From positions 6,583 through 70,582 of the forward strand of contig CAISGE010000058.1 in assembly GCA_903884815.1 (NCBI GenBank): 64,000 nt of DNA, in the 5' to 3' direction. Below, piece by piece: positions 63,422-64,000 of this stretch. Position 1 is the stretch's first letter; every line of letters begins with the position of its first letter. This DNA is from Candidatus Omnitrophota bacterium (GTDB taxonomy: Bacteria; Omnitrophota; Omnitrophia; Omnitrophales; Aquincolibacteriaceae). Under the pieces are notes generated by a model. It had not been told where the DNA came from. It was given only the letters and a program-made list of their open reading frames with translations, and searched no databases. The position numbers and the translations under genes are program-made.

Positions 63422-63823
63422 GTGAAGTGTAAAGTTATCCCGATAGCGATCCTTGTCCTGATGGTTGGAGCCTTTTCCGGTTGCGCGAAGACGGCGGATC
63501 CGAAGCGGCCGCTTGAGAAGATCCAAAGTGAGGTCGTGTCCATGCCCATGGCGACTCTTGAGTCGAACGCGCAACTTTACGCGGTGGCGATCCGCGTTGA
63601 GAAGGCCAAGATCACGAATATCCAGGAACAGATGAGGAAAATGCCCGTGCAGCAGCTCTTCAGCGATAAAAAGATGACTCGTGAGATCGCGGCGATCGGT
63701 CAGCGGGCCGAGGCCCTCTTTGATCGCTATCAGATCTATGTGAAGGCTTTTCAGGAAAAAGGCGGAGATCTCAGCAAGGTTCAGATAGAAACCGGACAAA
63801 CACCTACGGGAGAATCCAAATGA
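63422..63823 (+). CDS. lipoprotein
   Basis: Lipobox MVGAFSG-C after a hydrophobic signal ([23 protein letters not shown]). Its stop TGA overlaps the next ATG (ATGA). Confidence 0.6.
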   Translation: MKCKVIPIAILVLMVGAFSGCAKTADPKRPLEKIQSEVVSMPMATLESNAQLYAVAIRVEKAKITNIQEQMRKMPVQQLFSDKKMTREIAAIGQRAEALFDRYQIYVKAFQEKGGDLSKVQIETGQTPTGESK

Positions 63824-64000
63824 AGATCTTGGAAGAATTCAAAGCATTTGTGATGCGCGGCAATGTGATCGATATGGCGGTCGGTGTGATCATCGGCGGT
63901 GCGTTCGGCAAGATCGTGTCATCCATGACCGCGGACATTATTATGCCGCCGATCGGACTTTTGCTCGGCAAAGTGGACTTTAGCAGCCTGTATATCAATA
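63820..64000 (+). CDS. mscL: large-conductance mechanosensitive channel MscL, N-terminal part (3' end beyond window)
   Basis: [54 protein letters not shown] is near-identical in pattern to E. coli MscL TM1 ([46 protein letters not shown]). Confidence 0.85.
   Translation, partial: MKILEEFKAFVMRGNVIDMAVGVIIGGAFGKIVSSMTADIIMPPIGLLLGKVDFSSLYIN

Noticed and set aside
1-64000. rRNA genes, group I/II introns, IS elements with terminal inverted repeats
   Set aside because: None were recognised by eye. The only recombinase is the serine integrase next to tRNA-Glu.

Overview
This 64 kb window from a moderately GC-rich (about 55-58% by eye) bacterial genome is 78% occupied by two adjacent, same-strand giant ORFs: 1882..30921 (9,679 aa) and 31249..52464 (7,071 aa), together 50,256 bp. 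Both start with a signal peptide and a paralogous N-terminal domain of about 500 aa. The rest of each is a mosaic of transmembrane helices and unrelated enzymatic or regulatory domains. Gene 1 carries two GHKL ATPases, a trehalose-phosphatase-like HAD domain, a DUF185-like and at least three class-I methyltransferase cores, an HD domain, a NAGPA-like domain, a Ser/Thr protein-kinase-like domain, an HExxH motif, a canonical DnaJ J-domain and a 210-bp tandem coiled-coil array. Gene 2 carries a CPBP/CAAX intramembrane protease, a PEP-utilising phosphohistidine plus TIM-barrel domain and a tentative GlnD-like segment. Modules are joined by a recurring R-x-E-T-R linker motif that is conserved even at the nucleotide level (CGC-NCN-GAG-ACG-CG), seen at least 20 times. 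Other unusual features include an internal textbook twin-arginine signal peptide inside gene 1, a 47-bp perfect intragenic repeat, clusters of heptanucleotide simple-sequence repeats in the 5' regions of both genes, and a leader with three SD-ATG-AAG mini-ORFs, the last overlapping the giant start codon. Upstream are two beta-barrel-type secreted proteins and a DUF2132-like small gene. Downstream of giant gene 2 is a tRNA-Glu(UUC) whose 3' end is overlapped by a large serine recombinase gene. That recombinase heads an AT-richer island of about 9.8 kb (HD-domain protein, XRE repressor, TPR lipoprotein, two near-identical small secreted peptides, HTH protein) that ends at an imperfect copy of the tRNA 3' end near 62650. 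After the island come a zinc-ribbon protein, a lipoprotein and the 5' part of mscL. The giant, modular, linker-punctuated gene pair is the candidate novel system. I could not run homology searches, so domain calls rest on recognisable motifs only.
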